Positions 21,548-33,514 are shown, numbered from the stretch's first letter. The stretch: 64,000 nt of DNA from an uncultured Thermoleophilia bacterium (GCA_963715985.1 CAVQSP010000010.1:243679-307678), one strand, 5' to 3'. A program made the numbers and translations. Notes: generated by a model not told the origin, from the sequence alone.

Positions 21548-22763
21548 GCCGGCGCCTCCTCGCGGGCGCGACCGTCCGGTCGTCCGGCGACGAGGCCGTC
21601 CAGGATGCGCCGCCAGCTCGCCGGTGAGGCGGCCCAGCTCGTAGCGCTGCAGGGCCGCCTGGTCGGCGACCGGGGCGGAGCCGTCGCGGACGGCTGCGAC
21701 GAAGGTCGCCAGAGGCGTGCTCATCGGGTCGTCGGGCAGCACGCAGGTGCCGCCGCCGACCTCAGCGAAGAGCGCGCGTGCCGCGGAGCCGGCCGGTGAG
21801 ATGGCGAAGACCGGCGCGCCCGCCTGCAGGTACTCGAACACCTTGCTCGACATCGCCTCGGGGCGGCGGCCGTTGACCAGCAGCAGCGCGTCCGCGGCGC
21901 GCTGGTAGCCCAGGGCGCGCCCGTGCGGCACGAGGGGCTCCACGCGCACGCGCGCGCCCAGCCCGAGCCGATCGGCGCCGGGCCGTACGCGGCTCTCGTC
22001 GACGCCGACGAACAGAGCCTTAACATCCGGCGGTTGTGCCGCGAGGGCGGTGAGGAACGCCTGCCACCTGCTGCTCGCGGCCGTAGAGGCGGCCGGTGTG
22101 CACGATCCAGAAGCCTTCGCCGAGGGCGACCTCGTCGGCCCGCTCGGCGAGGTCGAAGCCGTTGGGCAGCACGTGGGCGCGGCCGGCGAGCCAGGGGTGC
22201 CGCGCCACGAGGTCGTCGACGATGGGCTTGTTCACGGCGGTGACGGCGGCGGCGCGGCTCAGCGCCCACGCCTCAAGGCGTGCGTGGGCGGCCCTGTGCG
22301 CCGCGGTCGGGTACCTGCGGAACATGTAGGTCGTCCACGGATCGCGGTAGTCGGCCAGCCAGGGCAGGCCGCTCGCCCGCGCGAGCAGAGCGGCCACCAG
22401 GTGCACCGAGGGGCGCGGTGAGCTCGAGAAGATCGCGTCGAAGCGCTCGCCGCGCAGCAGCTCGCGACCCCGGTACGCGGCGGCCCCGACCCAGCCTACG
22501 TAGGGGTCGGGCACGGCGATCCAGCTGTTCACGCGCGTGCTCCGCCTGCCGCCGCCGAGCAGTCGTCGCGGCCACGGTACCGGCGCGCGGACCACGCGCA
22601 CGCCGGGCGGCTCTGCCGCCGGCCCGGCCGCCCGCGCCGCGAGCACCGTGGGCTGCCAGCCTTCGTCGGGGAGGTGCCGCAGAAAGCGCACCACGCGCGT
22701 CGTCCCGGCGCTCGCCATGGGCGGGTACGGGTTGGCGATCACGAGCAGCTTGTGTGACCGCAT
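21544..22763 (-). CDS. GT4 glycosyltransferase; frameshifted
   Basis: ANPYPP, ADYRDPW, PNGFD, SSKVFEY across frames. Confidence 0.75.
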
Positions 22764-22791
22764 GCTCACGGTCCGGCGCTCGCGTGCGGGG

Positions 22792-23835
22792 TCAGCGGCC
22801 CGATCCGGACGCCTCCGCGAACGCTTGCGGACTGTGCGCCACGACGGCGTCCACCAGCCGGCGCGCGTTGGCGCGCCGGAAGTGGAAGCCGTCGTAGAAC
22901 GCGTCGGGGTCGCCGCCGATGGTGGAGAGCTCGCTGAAGTCGAGGAGGGTGAAGCCGTAGGCGGACTGCTGGCGGCGCAGGTAGGTCATCACCTCGCGGT
23001 GCCGCGCGTTCCAGCCCGCTTTGCGCACGGCCGCCAGCAGCTTGGGGTGCATGGGCGTGAGGACCACCGTCTGTGTGGTCCCCATCTCCGAGAGCAGAGT
23101 TAGCGTCTGCTCGAAGTACTGCGTGGACCGTGCGTACAGGGCCGGGCTGCTTGTGGCGTAGCGCTTGAGCGCCGTGTCGATGGACCAGGCCAGCGCGTGC
23201 TTGAGCGTGCGGCCCTTCTCGGCGGCGATGTCGTAGCGGTTGCGCATCACCACGCCGTCGCTCGCGAACTGCGTGAGTGCGAGGTCGGTGCCCTTGGGCA
23301 GGTCGGCCTCGGTCCGCGGCAGCTTCGCCTGCTCGGCAGCTACAAGCTCGGGCGGGAACCAGCGGCTCAGCTCCGGCTCCTGGATGAGGCCCGGCGAGAG
23401 GCCCTGCTTGCGGAACGCCTCGACGTGGAGGAACCAGACGATCTGGATGGGTGCTTGGGGGTCGCGCTCGTGCAGGAGATTCACGTAGGCCCACGCGTCC
23501 TCGGGGCGGCCGTTCTGGAGGGCCAGGTTGAAGCCCGGCAGCCCGGTGAGGCGCTCGAAGCGAGCCGGTTCGATGCGGGCGGCTCGCGAGCCACCGAAGA
23601 TGAGCAGGCGCGGCTGCACGGTCTGCTTGTCGAGAAGGCGCAGCTTGACGGTGCGGTCGGTGAGGACGAAGGGCGTCTTCTCCTTCTGCATGATGGCCTG
23701 GAACGGCCGCGACACCGCCACGCCGGCGCAGATGCCGGCGATCAGCACGACGAAGACGAAGAGGGATCCTCTGGTAGGACGCGCCAGACGGCGTCGTCGC
23801 GGACTCTCAGTGATGTCGTGTGTGCGGTTCCCCAT
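22792..23835 (-). CDS. Membrane-anchored SGNH-like protein
   Basis: N-terminal TM, FGGSR, FYDGFH (DxxH); homologous to 29635-30924. Confidence 0.6.
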   Translation of the reverse strand: MGNRTHDITESPRRRRLARPTRGSLFVFVVLIAGICAGVAVSRPFQAIMQKEKTPFVLTDRTVKLRLLDKQTVQPRLLIFGGSRAARIEPARFERLTGLPGFNLALQNGRPEDAWAYVNLLHERDPQAPIQIVWFLHVEAFRKQGLSPGLIQEPELSRWFPPELVAAEQAKLPRTEADLPKGTDLALTQFASDGVVMRNRYDIAAEKGRTLKHALAWSIDTALKRYATSSPALYARSTQYFEQTLTLLSEMGTTQTVVLTPMHPKLLAAVRKAGWNARHREVMTYLRRQQSAYGFTLLDFSELSTIGGDPDAFYDGFHFRRANARRLVDAVVAHSPQAFAEASGSGR

Positions 23836-23934
23836 GTCTGACCAACGAATGATTCTACTATCGCGGGCGCCTCGAGGCTCCCGGCCGCCCTCTGAGCTTT
23901 CGGCTGTGGCTCGTGCCTTCCTCCGCGGCGGCGC

Positions 23935-25640
23935 TCACACCTGCACGCTCCCGCCCTCGGCGATGTCCACTTCGGCCTCCAGCTCCGTCTCCTCCGCTTC
24001 GGCCTCCAGGTCGTCCTCCGAGAGCTCCTCATCACAGGCGTGGTCGCACGGCGCGGTCGCGGCGGCGGTGCCGGCCACGGCGTCCGTGGCCACGGCGCCC
24101 GCGGCCCCGGCGCCGGCCAAGGCCGGCGCCGGGGCTCGCCGGCCGGTGAGGCGCCGGCCCGCGCCGGCCAGACGCCGGCGCTCGGACGGCGTGAAGAAGC
24201 GCCCGGCCCACAGCACGAGCGGGAAGAGCAGCAGCGCCGGCGTGACGGCCAGCTCGCGCACGATCAGGTCGCTCAGCGGGACGTCGACGGCCAGGCCGAC
24301 CGCCCTGCCGATCGCCCAGGCGACGACCAGGGTGACGGCCGTGGCAGCACCGAGGGTGATCAGGCGTCGCCACTCGTAGGGGATCGGGTACCAGCGGTTG
24401 GAGATGAAGTAGACGAGCACCGCGAGGATGCCGAAGCCGATCGTCGTCGTCCACGCCGCCGCATACATCCCGTACACCGGGACGAGCAGGAAGTTGAGGC
24501 CCACGTTCACGCCCGAGGCGATCAGCGTGATGACCGGGATCAGGCGGTTCTTCTTGGCGACGTTGGCCCCGATCCAGAAGATGAAGTACAGGTTGTAGAG
24601 CGCCACGGAGAGGGTGAGCACGAACGTGGTCGGCCCCACCGACCAGAACTTCTCGTTCAGCAGCACGTGGATCACGAGCGGCAGGTAGAGCCCGACCAGC
24701 GCCAGCAGGATGCCGTTGAACGCCATGAAGTACGTCGACGAGCGCGAGACCATGTGCTTGTGCCTCTCCGGCTCGTTCAGTTTCGCGTAGTGCCACTGCG
24801 GCCAGGCCATGCGGAAGGCCATCCCCACGATGTAGAGCGGCTGCGAGAGCGAGTTGGCCACCGTGTACAGCCCGACCACGGCGATCCCCTGGTAGTGAAG
24901 CAGGAAGAAACGGTCGCTCAGCTTGAGGAAGAAGAACGAGACGGCGGTGAACATCGCCGGGATGGCGAAGGCCAGCATCGAGCGCATCAGCGCCCTGTCC
25001 CAGAGAAAGCGCAGCCGGGGTGCGTAGAACGGCAGCGCCGCGAGGTTGAGCAGCACGGCGGTGACGAGATTGGCGCCCAGGTAGCCGGCGGGCCCCCAGT
25101 GGAAGACGGCGAGGAAGACGACCGCCATCGGTACCTGGATGAGCACCCGGGCGATGGTGAACGAGGTGAAGGTCCACGGCCGGTGCTCGAGTCGCATGAG
25201 CGTGAACGGCAGGTCGCTCAGGTTGGTGAAGAACAGCGTGGCGACGCCGATGTCGAAGTAGATGGCGTAGCCGTCCCCGCCCATGAGCAGACTCGAGATC
25301 CACGGCATGAAGGCCATCAGGACGCCCAGCAGGAGTGCTCGGGTACAGGCACTTCACGTAGAAGACGTGGGTGATGACATCGCTGCGGTGCTTCGGGCTC
25401 TTGTCGTCGAAGTAGAAGCGCGTGAAGGCGACGTCGAAGCCGAGGGTGACGAACACGTCGAGCAACGTGGTGACGGTCACGACCATGCCGACGATCCCAT
25501 AGTCGCTCTTCGTCATGAACGCCGTGAAGAGCGGCAGCATGAGCGCCGTCAGGAACTTCTGCAGCATCCGGCCGCCGCCGTAGATCGTGGAGTCCTTGAG
25601 CAGCACCGAGTAGGAGTGGCCCTTGGGCTTGGCGGCTGAG
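23935..25640 (-). CDS. Wzx polysaccharide flippase; frameshift near 25335, start uncertain
   Basis: LLKDSTIY, DYGI, SDRFFL, VGLY, many TM helices. Confidence 0.8.
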
Positions 25641-25900
25641 GCCGCGCGTCGGCGGGGGAGAAGGTTCGTGGCGCCTCCGGGTGCTGGGGTGCGGCCCCGG
25701 CGGGTGGTGCCGCCGGCCGCCGGTCGGCGTGGTCGGCTGGCTATTCTACCATCGGGGCCGTGGACCTCCGGCGCACCGTGTACGGGCGACGGGCTCGAGC
25801 GTGCGGCCTGCGGGAATGAAGAACCGGATCTCGTGAGCGGCCGGCGCCGGCTCAAGCGCCGGCCATCTTCGGCCGCCCTTCGGTCCCGACGCGGCCCCCG

Positions 25901-27025
25901 TCAGCGGCCCGCGCCCGCCAGGTCCTTGGGCAGCTGCTCGGCGTGCGCCTCGGCGGCGGCGAGCTGCTCCGCCGCGAGCGGCGAGGAGCCTCGCCGCCGG
26001 GCGCGCGTCATGGCTTCGCCGACCTTGAGCCCGGCCGCGTGCAGGTCGATGAGCGGCTGCGGCAGCAGCTCGAGCGGCTGGGGGTCGCCCGGGCCGGGCC
26101 AGCAGCGCAGCCCTGCAGCGGCCAGACTGCTCCTGTCCGCGTCGCCGCTCAGGCTCACGACGGCGAGGTGCGGCGCGGCCGCCGCCAGGGTGGCCGCGTC
26201 GGTCCAGCCGCGCGGGCCGATGGTCCTGGCGCCGGGCGTGCCGGCGCACAGCACCAGTGCGTCGGCCTCGCCGAGGCGGCCCACGACGCCGTCCCCTGCC
26301 AGGCCGTCGCCGATCTTCTCGCCGCCGCACAGGCTCACGCGGCCGTCGCCGTCCGGGCTCGCCACGAGCACGCGTGCGCCGGCCTGCGACAGCCCGTGCA
26401 CGACCTTGCCGGAGGCCGGCCCATCGCCGGCGACCAGCACGGTGGCGCCCACGACCTCCACGGCCAGCTGCAGCAGACCCCAGGTGGCCACGGCGGCCAG
26501 GTAGCGGTAGTAGTCCACGCCGTCCTCGTCCACGCCCGCCACGGCGATGGCGCCGCGCCGGCAGGTGGCGACGTCCACGTCGGCGGCACGCCAGTGGGCG
26601 ATGCCGCGCATCAGCGTGACGGCGGCCGTGTCGCGCACGTTGCGGATGATGGAGTCGTCGATGGGCCGTACGCCGGGCAGGTCGGTGACGACGTCCACGT
26701 CCGAGAGCTGCGCCTGCAGGCGGTCGGGCACGATGTGCACGCGGTCCTGCAGGCCGGCGAGCTCCACGAGGTAGGCCGTCTGCGCCTCGGCGTCGCGGCG
26801 CGCGGCCTCGGCGCTGTCGCGCGCCACGGCGTACACGGCGGACGCGCCGGCCAGGCCGGCGATCACCGGCGTCACGCGCCGGTAGCCCACGCCGGCCTCG
26901 GTGAGCACCGTCAGCCCGGCGAGGTCAAGCCGGTGGCGTGCGATGGCGCGGCGCACCAGGCGCAGCACCTGGCGCCCGGGAAAAGCGTCGTCGCAGGCGG
27001 ATCTGGGATCACTGGTCTGAGTCAT
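25901..27025 (-). CDS. Hypothetical Rossmann-fold protein (2-hydroxyacid dehydrogenase/AdoHcyase-like layout)
   Basis: LAGLTVLTEAG and VLVAGDG nucleotide-binding-like segments. Confidence 0.5.
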   Translation of the reverse strand: MTQTSDPRSACDDAFPGRQVLRLVRRAIARHRLDLAGLTVLTEAGVGYRRVTPVIAGLAGASAVYAVARDSAEAARRDAEAQTAYLVELAGLQDRVHIVPDRLQAQLSDVDVVTDLPGVRPIDDSIIRNVRDTAAVTLMRGIAHWRAADVDVATCRRGAIAVAGVDEDGVDYYRYLAAVATWGLLQLAVEVVGATVLVAGDGPASGKVVHGLSQAGARVLVASPDGDGRVSLCGGEKIGDGLAGDGVVGRLGEADALVLCAGTPGARTIGPRGWTDAATLAAAAPHLAVVSLSGDADRSSLAAAGLRCWPGPGDPQPLELLPQPLIDLHAAGLKVGEAMTRARRRGSSPLAAEQLAAAEAHAEQLPKDLAGAGR

Positions 27026-27146
27026 GCGACCCATCCTATCGCGCGCACTGCCGGGTCGCATCCCGCGGCGCCGCCGCCGGGTCGGAACGCAGTCGGCCTC
27101 CCTTCGACTATACTGGAGCCCGCGCCAGTACAGAAAGGACCGCGTC

Positions 27147-28131
27147 CTGCGCGTCTCTCTCCGCCTCGCAACCCCCATCTCCCTCACCCTCGCGCTGCTC
27201 ATCGTGGTCGCGGCCGCGCTGGTCGTGGCCGGCCTCGGCCTCGCCGGGTCGGCCGCCGCGGCGCCCAGACGCCTCCCAGATCGACGACTTCCTGGCGCTG
27301 CACGGCTCACCCATGACGGGCAGCGGCGCCGCCTTCGTCGCCGAGGGGCAGAAGAACGGCGTGGACCCCGCCTTCCTGGTCGCCATCAGCGGCGCCGAGT
27401 CGAGCTTCGGGCAGTTCCTCTACTCGGAGGGCGGTGACCAGTGCACGTACAACGCCTTCAACTGGTTCTACGGCGCCACGTGGCCGCAGAGCGACTTCAG
27501 CTCGTGGGACGAGGCCATCGCGCGCGTCGCCCAGGGCCTCGCCGGTCGATCTGTACTTCGGCTCCGGGCTCTACTCCGTCCAGGCGATCGCCCCGCGGTA
27601 CTGCCCGGACGGCACGGCCAACTGGGTCGCCAACGTGACCTCGTTCATGATCCAGCTCGGCGGGGAACCCGCTCGACACGCCGCCTCGCGGGCGCAGCTT
27701 CCTCCGGACCGCCGTCCACGGACCCGTCGCTGCTGGGCGTGAGCGGCGCAGTCGAGCTCTCGGGCGAACCGTTCGACGTCGGCCGCGAGGTCACGGCGCG
27801 GTTCACGCTGACCAACAGCGGCGACCAGCCCGTGGCTCTCGAAGGCATCCGCCTGACCGCGGTCGGGCCGGGACGGCGCCAGCGCCGCGCTGGTCTCCGA
27901 CCAGGCGGTCACGCTGGCGCCCGGTCAGCCCCTGGCCGTGACCGCCGTCTGGCCGCTCGACACGGTCGGGCGCTGGAGCGGCTGGATCGAGGTCGTACAG
28001 AACGGTCAGGCGAACCTGGTCGGTCAGAAGACGGCGTTCACGCTTCCTCGTCATCGCTGCCCAAGGACGCGCTCTGCGTCGCTGGATCCGCGCAGACGCC
28101 GTGCTCTCGCCCGGGCGGCAGCGCACGCTGA
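27147..28131 (+). CDS. Secreted lysozyme-like/glucosaminidase-type protein with Ig-like C-terminus; frameshifted
   Basis: Signal peptide; GVDPAFLVAISGAESSFG, YNAF, IAPRYCP; TATACT at 27109. Confidence 0.55.
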
Positions 28132-28178
28132 GCCCGTGCGGCGCGGCTTCGTCGCCGCGCCGCCCGCCCGGATCCGCC

Positions 28179-29575
28179 TCAGAACTGGAAGTACAGGAAG
28201 GGGCTCGGCGCGCTCAGCGTGAGCAGTGACGCTCCCCACGAGGATGCCGATCACCAGCGCGTAGCGCAGCTTGGGCTGCGGCTTGATCTGCCAGGTGTTG
28301 GGGGCGAAGTTCACCCACAGCAGCCCGGCCACGATGAGGAGCGCCAGCACCGGCGCCAGCGGCAGCAGCGCGCCGCCCTTGACGCCGTTCAGGCCGATCA
28401 TCGCGCGCAGCACGTCGAACGCCTCGCTCATGGACGCGGCGCGGAAGAACACCCAGGCCAGCACCGCGGCGAGGAACGTGAGCAGGCGGTTGAGCCACAC
28501 CCAGCTCGGCGTGAGGCCCCACTTGCGCATCAGCACGTGGAACGACTGGAACACGCCCCACAGCAGGCCCCAGAACACGAAGGTCCAGGCGGGCCCGTGC
28601 CACAGGCCGGCGAGCAGGAAGGTGATCAGCAGGTTGCGCACGGTCGCGAAGGTCGTGCCGCGCGACCCGCCCAGCGGGATGAAGAGGTAGTCGCGCAGCC
28701 ACGACGAGAGCGACATGTGCCAGCGGCGCCAGAAGTCCGAGGGGTTGACCGCCTTGTAGGGCGAGTCGAAGTTCTGGGGGAAGCGCAGGCCGATCAGGAA
28801 CGCCACCCCCACGGCCATGTCCGAGTAGCCGGAGAAGTCGAAGTACAGCTGCAGCGTGTAGCCCAGCGCCGCGCCCCAGCCGGAGAGCAGACCCAGGTGG
28901 GCATGGCCGGCGAACAGGCTGTTCACGTAGGGCGCCATCATGTCGGCCACGAGCAGCTTCTTGGCGAGGCCCATGGCGAGGAAGAAGACGCCCGTGCCGA
29001 TGAGGCTCAGGCGGAAGCGCTGCTGCGAGCTCTCGAGCTGCTCGCCCACGTGGCCGTAGCGGATGATGGGGCCGGCCATGAGGTACGGGAAGAGCGTGGC
29101 CCAGGCGAGGTAGTGGATCACCGACCTGGCCGGGCGGATCATGCCGCGGTACACGTCCACCACGTACGAGATGGCGGCGAAGGTGTAGAAGGACACGCCC
29201 ACCGGCAGCAGCACCTTGAGCACCGGCAGCGGCTCGCCGGCTGCCCACCAGTTTGAACAGCCCGTCGAGGGAGCTGAAGAAGAAGCCACGGTACTTGAAG
29301 TAGGCCAGGAGCCCGAGGTTGACGGTGATGGCGGCGGCCAGGAGGAGCTTGCGCCGCCGCCCCGGCGCCATCTTCGCGATGGCGTGCCCGGCCGCCCAGT
29401 CCACGAGCGTGGTGACCAGCAGCAGGGCGACGTAGCGCCAGTCCCAGAGGCCGTAGAAGACGCACGAGGCGACGATGAGGAAGGTGAGACGCGGGTAGCC
29501 GCGCGGGATCAGCCAGTAGAGGACGACGACGACCGGCAGGAAGACGAAGAGGAAGCCGAAGCTGTTGAAGAGCAC
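28179..29575 (-). CDS. MBOAT O-acyltransferase (AlgI/PatA/DltB family); frameshifted
   Basis: LPVGVSFYTF, AGPI, YFDFSGYSDMA, FWRRWHMSLS, LWHG, FLYFQF. Confidence 0.9.
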
Positions 29576-29634
29576 GGCTTCCTCTCAGGCTCGGCGCGGC
29601 GCGGGCGGCGGGCGCGGCGCGGCGGGCGGGCGCG

Positions 29635-30924
29635 TCACTTGGGCAGCCCGCCCGTCTGCTCGAGGACGTAGTCGACGGCCCTGCGCGTGTTGATGGTCGT
29701 CATGTGGACGCCGTCGTAGAACTGCTTGGGGTCGGCGCCCCACCTGGTGATGTCGGTGATGTCGATGAAGACGAAGTCGTACTTGTCCTTGAGCGACTCC
29801 ACGTAGTCCACGACCTGCTGGTGACGCTCCGGCCAGCCCAGTGGCCCCACCGTCTTGAGCAGCTTGGGGTTGATGGGCGTGAGCACGATGAGCGGCGTGG
29901 CGCCCTGCTCGTTCATGAAGGCCAGCGTCTTCTCGAAGTACCACTGCGCCTTGGGATCGAGCTCCTTGTAGGCGTTGCGGTACAGGTCGCCGTAGCGCTT
30001 GACCGACTTGGGCCAGCGGCGGTCCCACTCCTTCTGGGTCCAGGGACGCTCGACCTGACCGCCGTCGGGGAGGAACTTCTCGCGATACTTGTCGTAGGTG
30101 CGCTTGACCTTGTCGCGGTTCATCATCACGCGCACCGCGTCCTTGGCCGTCACCCAGGAGAACACCGAGGAGCGGTTCTGCCACACCTTGCGGGCCACGT
30201 TGGCCGGCGTGCGCTTGATCGTGCCCGAGCCCTCCACGTACTGGGCCAGGCGCGGCTCGTTGGCGGTGCGGCCCTGGATCTTGAAGGGCACGAACGACTC
30301 CACGTCGAGGAGCCAGAGGTACTTGGGGTCCGCCATGGGCCACGTGTCGTGGATGAAGTTCACCATGGCCCAGGCGTCGGCGGTGCCGCCGATGCCGTTG
30401 ACGCCGGCGTTGAAGGTGCGCAGGCCGGTCTTCTGCTCCAGGTAGCTGGGCTCGTAGCGCAGGGAGCGCGAGCTGCCCAGCACGACCAGCTCCGGCCCCT
30501 GCTTGAGGTTCTGGATGGCGTCGGCCTTGATGGTGCGGTCCGACGTGGTGACGGTGGGCAGCAGCTTCATGCCGATGAGCCCGTAGGGGTCGGCCAGGGT
30601 GTTGAAGGCGCCGACCGCCGCCATGACCAGCAGGGCCACCACGACGACGCCGAGCAGGAACCACAGCGTCTTGCGGCCCTTGGCCTGGTCGATCTCCGGC
30701 GGGTCCGGGATGACGCGCTTCTTGAGACCCGTGGGCGCCGGCTCGCCGGGGGCGCCTTCGGCGGGGCTCGCGGCCAGCGGCGTCTCGCCGCCGCCGGCGT
30801 CGCCCGCGCCGCTCAGTCCCTCGGCCTTGTCCAGAGACTGGGCGCCCGGCAGCAGCTCCGGCGGTACGCCGGGGCCTTCGTCCTCGGGGGACAGGGCGAA
30901 CGGTTCGTTGTCGCGTGGGTCCAA
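29635..30924 (-). CDS. Membrane-anchored SGNH-like protein (MBOAT partner); start uncertain
   Basis: TM then DPYG, LGSSR, FYDGVH. Confidence 0.65.
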   Translation of the reverse strand: MDPRDNEPFALSPEDEGPGVPPELLPGAQSLDKAEGLSGAGDAGGGETPLAASPAEGAPGEPAPTGLKKRVIPDPPEIDQAKGRKTLWFLLGVVVVALLVMAAVGAFNTLADPYGLIGMKLLPTVTTSDRTIKADAIQNLKQGPELVVLGSSRSLRYEPSYLEQKTGLRTFNAGVNGIGGTADAWAMVNFIHDTWPMADPKYLWLLDVESFVPFKIQGRTANEPRLAQYVEGSGTIKRTPANVARKVWQNRSSVFSWVTAKDAVRVMMNRDKVKRTYDKYREKFLPDGGQVERPWTQKEWDRRWPKSVKRYGDLYRNAYKELDPKAQWYFEKTLAFMNEQGATPLIVLTPINPKLLKTVGPLGWPERHQQVVDYVESLKDKYDFVFIDITDITRWGADPKQFYDGVHMTTINTRRAVDYVLEQTGGLPK

Positions 30925-31009
30925 GAAGGTGGCGGAAGCGCCGGATGATGGCGAGCAGGAGGCTGAGAATACCACAGGCGGGGACGCGGCCCGGCCGGCG
31001 GCGGTTCGC

Positions 31010-31607
31010 TCAGACCGGGGCTTCCAGCGCTTCGCCGATGCGTTCTTCCAGTCCGTCGGCCGGTACTTCGTCAACGCCGCCGTTGACGGTGCTCGAGTCG
31101 TGGAACGCGGCGATGCCGCGTCCGTCGAAGAGGCAGCGCACGAGGCGGATGCTGCCGCCGTGCGTCACCACCAGCGTGGGCCGGCCGTCACGGGCCACGT
31201 CGCGCAGCGCCGCCAGCACCCTGCGCTGCTGGTCGACGAGGCTCTCGCCGCCGGGGAAGCGGAAGGTCTCGGGATGCTCGCGGTACTCGCGCCAGATGAC
31301 GGCGTCCTCCACCATGATCTCCGCGAACAGGCGCTGCTCCCACTCGCCGCGGTGCGACTCGGCGAGGCGCGGGTCGAGCACGACCGGCAGGCCACCCAGC
31401 TCGTCGCGGACGATCTCCGCGGTCTCGCGGGCGCGCCGCAGGTGGCTGCTCACGATCAGCTCGAGGCCGCGCCCGACGAGCTCGCGACCCTGGTCGCGCG
31501 CCTGAGCGCGGCCGGTCTCGTTGAGGCTCGACCTCTGCCCAGCCCAGGCAGCGCGCCGGCTCGCGGTTCCAGTCGGTCTCGCCGTGCCTGATCAGAAGGA
31601 TCGTCAA
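31010..31607 (-). CDS. Histidine phosphatase (phosphoglycerate mutase family); frameshift near 31525
   Basis: LIRHGETDWN, SSHLRRARET, GGES, VTHGG; TTG overlaps comA stop. Confidence 0.85.
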
Positions 31608-32356
31608 TGAAAGTGCAGCAGCGTGTCGCCGCGCACGCCCAGGCGGAGCGTCTCGACCGAGATCACCTCGTCGGGCGGGATGTTGCCGAGGTTCACGTTG
31701 GCGCCGAACTGCTTGATGAACCAGGCCTGCTGCTTCTTGATCGGCGCCTCGAACAGGAGCTGCGACGTGTCGAACGCCGTGCGGATCTCCTCGAGGAGGC
31801 CGTCCTTGACGTCGCCCGTGGGGCGGTAGATGCCCACGGTCCCGGACTCGCGCCCCTCGGTGATGACCTTCCAGGCGCCGGCCTCGAGCTCGCGCTTGAT
31901 CGAGTCGACCCACTTCGTCGGGGTGATCACCACGGCTTCGTCCTTGCTGCCCACCTCGCTGAGCACGCGGAACTCCTTGGAGAAGCGGCGCAGCAGGGCG
32001 AGCTTGTCCTCTTCGTCCATGGCGACGGTGCCGTCGGAGATCTCCACGCACGTCATCTCACAGGCGCGCACGAGGGCCAGCCACTCCTCGAGCTTGTTCT
32101 GGCGCAGGCAGACCTCGAAGAACGTGCCGCCGAAGCACACCGGCACATCGTGGCTCCGGTACAGGGCGACCTTCTCCTTGAGGTTGGGCGTCACGGCCGC
32201 CGTGCCCCATCCGAGCTTGACGATGTCGACGTAGTCGCTCGCGACTTCCATGAACTGGCGTACCTGGTCCAGGCTGAGACCCTTGTCGAGTACGTGCGTC
32301 AGCCCGCTCTCGCGCGGCCTGCTCGTGCGCTGCGGCAGGGTGAGAAAGTCGAACAT
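31604..32356 (-). CDS. comA: Phosphosulfolactate synthase
   Basis: GLTHVLDKG, KLGWGT, EISDG, SEVGSK, EGRESG, FEAP, NLGNI, ETLRLG. Confidence 0.92.
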   Translation of the reverse strand: MFDFLTLPQRTSRPRESGLTHVLDKGLSLDQVRQFMEVASDYVDIVKLGWGTAAVTPNLKEKVALYRSHDVPVCFGGTFFEVCLRQNKLEEWLALVRACEMTCVEISDGTVAMDEEDKLALLRRFSKEFRVLSEVGSKDEAVVITPTKWVDSIKRELEAGAWKVITEGRESGTVGIYRPTGDVKDGLLEEIRTAFDTSQLLFEAPIKKQQAWFIKQFGANVNLGNIPPDEVISVETLRLGVRGDTLLHFH

Positions 32357-32494
32357 CGGTCGTCCTCCGTTGGTCAGGCGCCGCTCACGGCGGCGCTCGC
32401 AGAATGCTACCAGACGCGCCCGCGACCGGTCGGCGGCGCGGCGCTGGAGGCCGCAGGCGCTCCAGCGAGTGGGGCGCCGCAGGCAGACCGCTCA

Positions 32495-33514
32495 TTACCC
32501 CTTGAACAGCAGCGCCAGGCCGCTCAGGAACAGCACCGCGGCGAGGATGCCGCGCAGCACGCGGGTCGGCGCCTTGACGGTCAGCTGGGAGCCGAGAAGC
32601 ACGCCGGGGATGGAGCCCATCAGCAGGGCGGCGACCATCCAGAGGTCCACGTTGCCCACGCCGATCTGCGCCAGGCCGGTGACGAGCAGCAGGATCATCG
32701 CCTGGAAGACGTCCGTCCCGACGATGCGGTCCGTCGTGAGCGGATAGAAGAGGATCAGGAACACGCCGATGAGCGTGCCGCTGCCGACGGACGTGAGGCC
32801 GATGATGAAGCCCACCACGAGGCCGAGGCACACGGTGCCGAACTTCATACGCCGCGACATCTTGATGTTCTCGCGGCGGTACTTCATGTCGACGTGGAGG
32901 ACGATCTTCACGACCAGCAGCACGCCGACCATCATCAGGGCCGAGCCGATGGCCCGGTACAGGATGACGTTGATGAGGTCGCCGTAGTGGTTCTTGACGT
33001 AGGTGACGGCGGCCACTCCGGTGAGCGCCGCCGGCACGCTGCCGAGGCACAGCCAGAGCGCGAGCGGGATGTCCACCGACCCCTGGCGCCAATGCTTCCA
33101 GGAGCCGGCGATCTTGGTGACCGCGGCATAGGTCACGTCGGTGCCCACGGCCATGGTCGGCGAGAAGCCGAAGACGAAGATGAGCACCGGCGTCATCAGT
33201 GCGCCGCCACCCATGCCCGTGAGGCCCACGAGGAAGCCGACCATGAGGCCGGCGATGCTGAGGTAGCCGTTGAGGTTGGCGCCCAGCGTCAGGTACATGA
33301 TGAGGACGAACACGCCCCAGCCGGCGAGGCCGATGCCCCAGCGCTTGAGCCACGTGCGGGTGGACATCGCCTCCGGCTCGGGGCCGGGGCGGAACGGCGG
33401 GATCGTCTCGTCGATCTGCGGGTCGAAGATCTCGCCGTCGCTGTCGAGCTCGTGGATGCCCGGGAGCAGGTGACCGGCGTCGATCGCCGCGGCGCTGCGT
33501 TCGCTGTCGCTCAT
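32495..33514 (-). CDS. TauE/SafE sulfite exporter
   Basis: GLTGMGGGALMTP, AVGTD, GLTSVGSG. Confidence 0.88.
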   Translation of the reverse strand: MSDSERSAAAIDAGHLLPGIHELDSDGEIFDPQIDETIPPFRPGPEPEAMSTRTWLKRWGIGLAGWGVFVLIMYLTLGANLNGYLSIAGLMVGFLVGLTGMGGGALMTPVLIFVFGFSPTMAVGTDVTYAAVTKIAGSWKHWRQGSVDIPLALWLCLGSVPAALTGVAAVTYVKNHYGDLINVILYRAIGSALMMVGVLLVVKIVLHVDMKYRRENIKMSRRMKFGTVCLGLVVGFIIGLTSVGSGTLIGVFLILFYPLTTDRIVGTDVFQAMILLLVTGLAQIGVGNVDLWMVAALLMGSIPGVLLGSQLTVKAPTRVLRGILAAVLFLSGLALLFKG

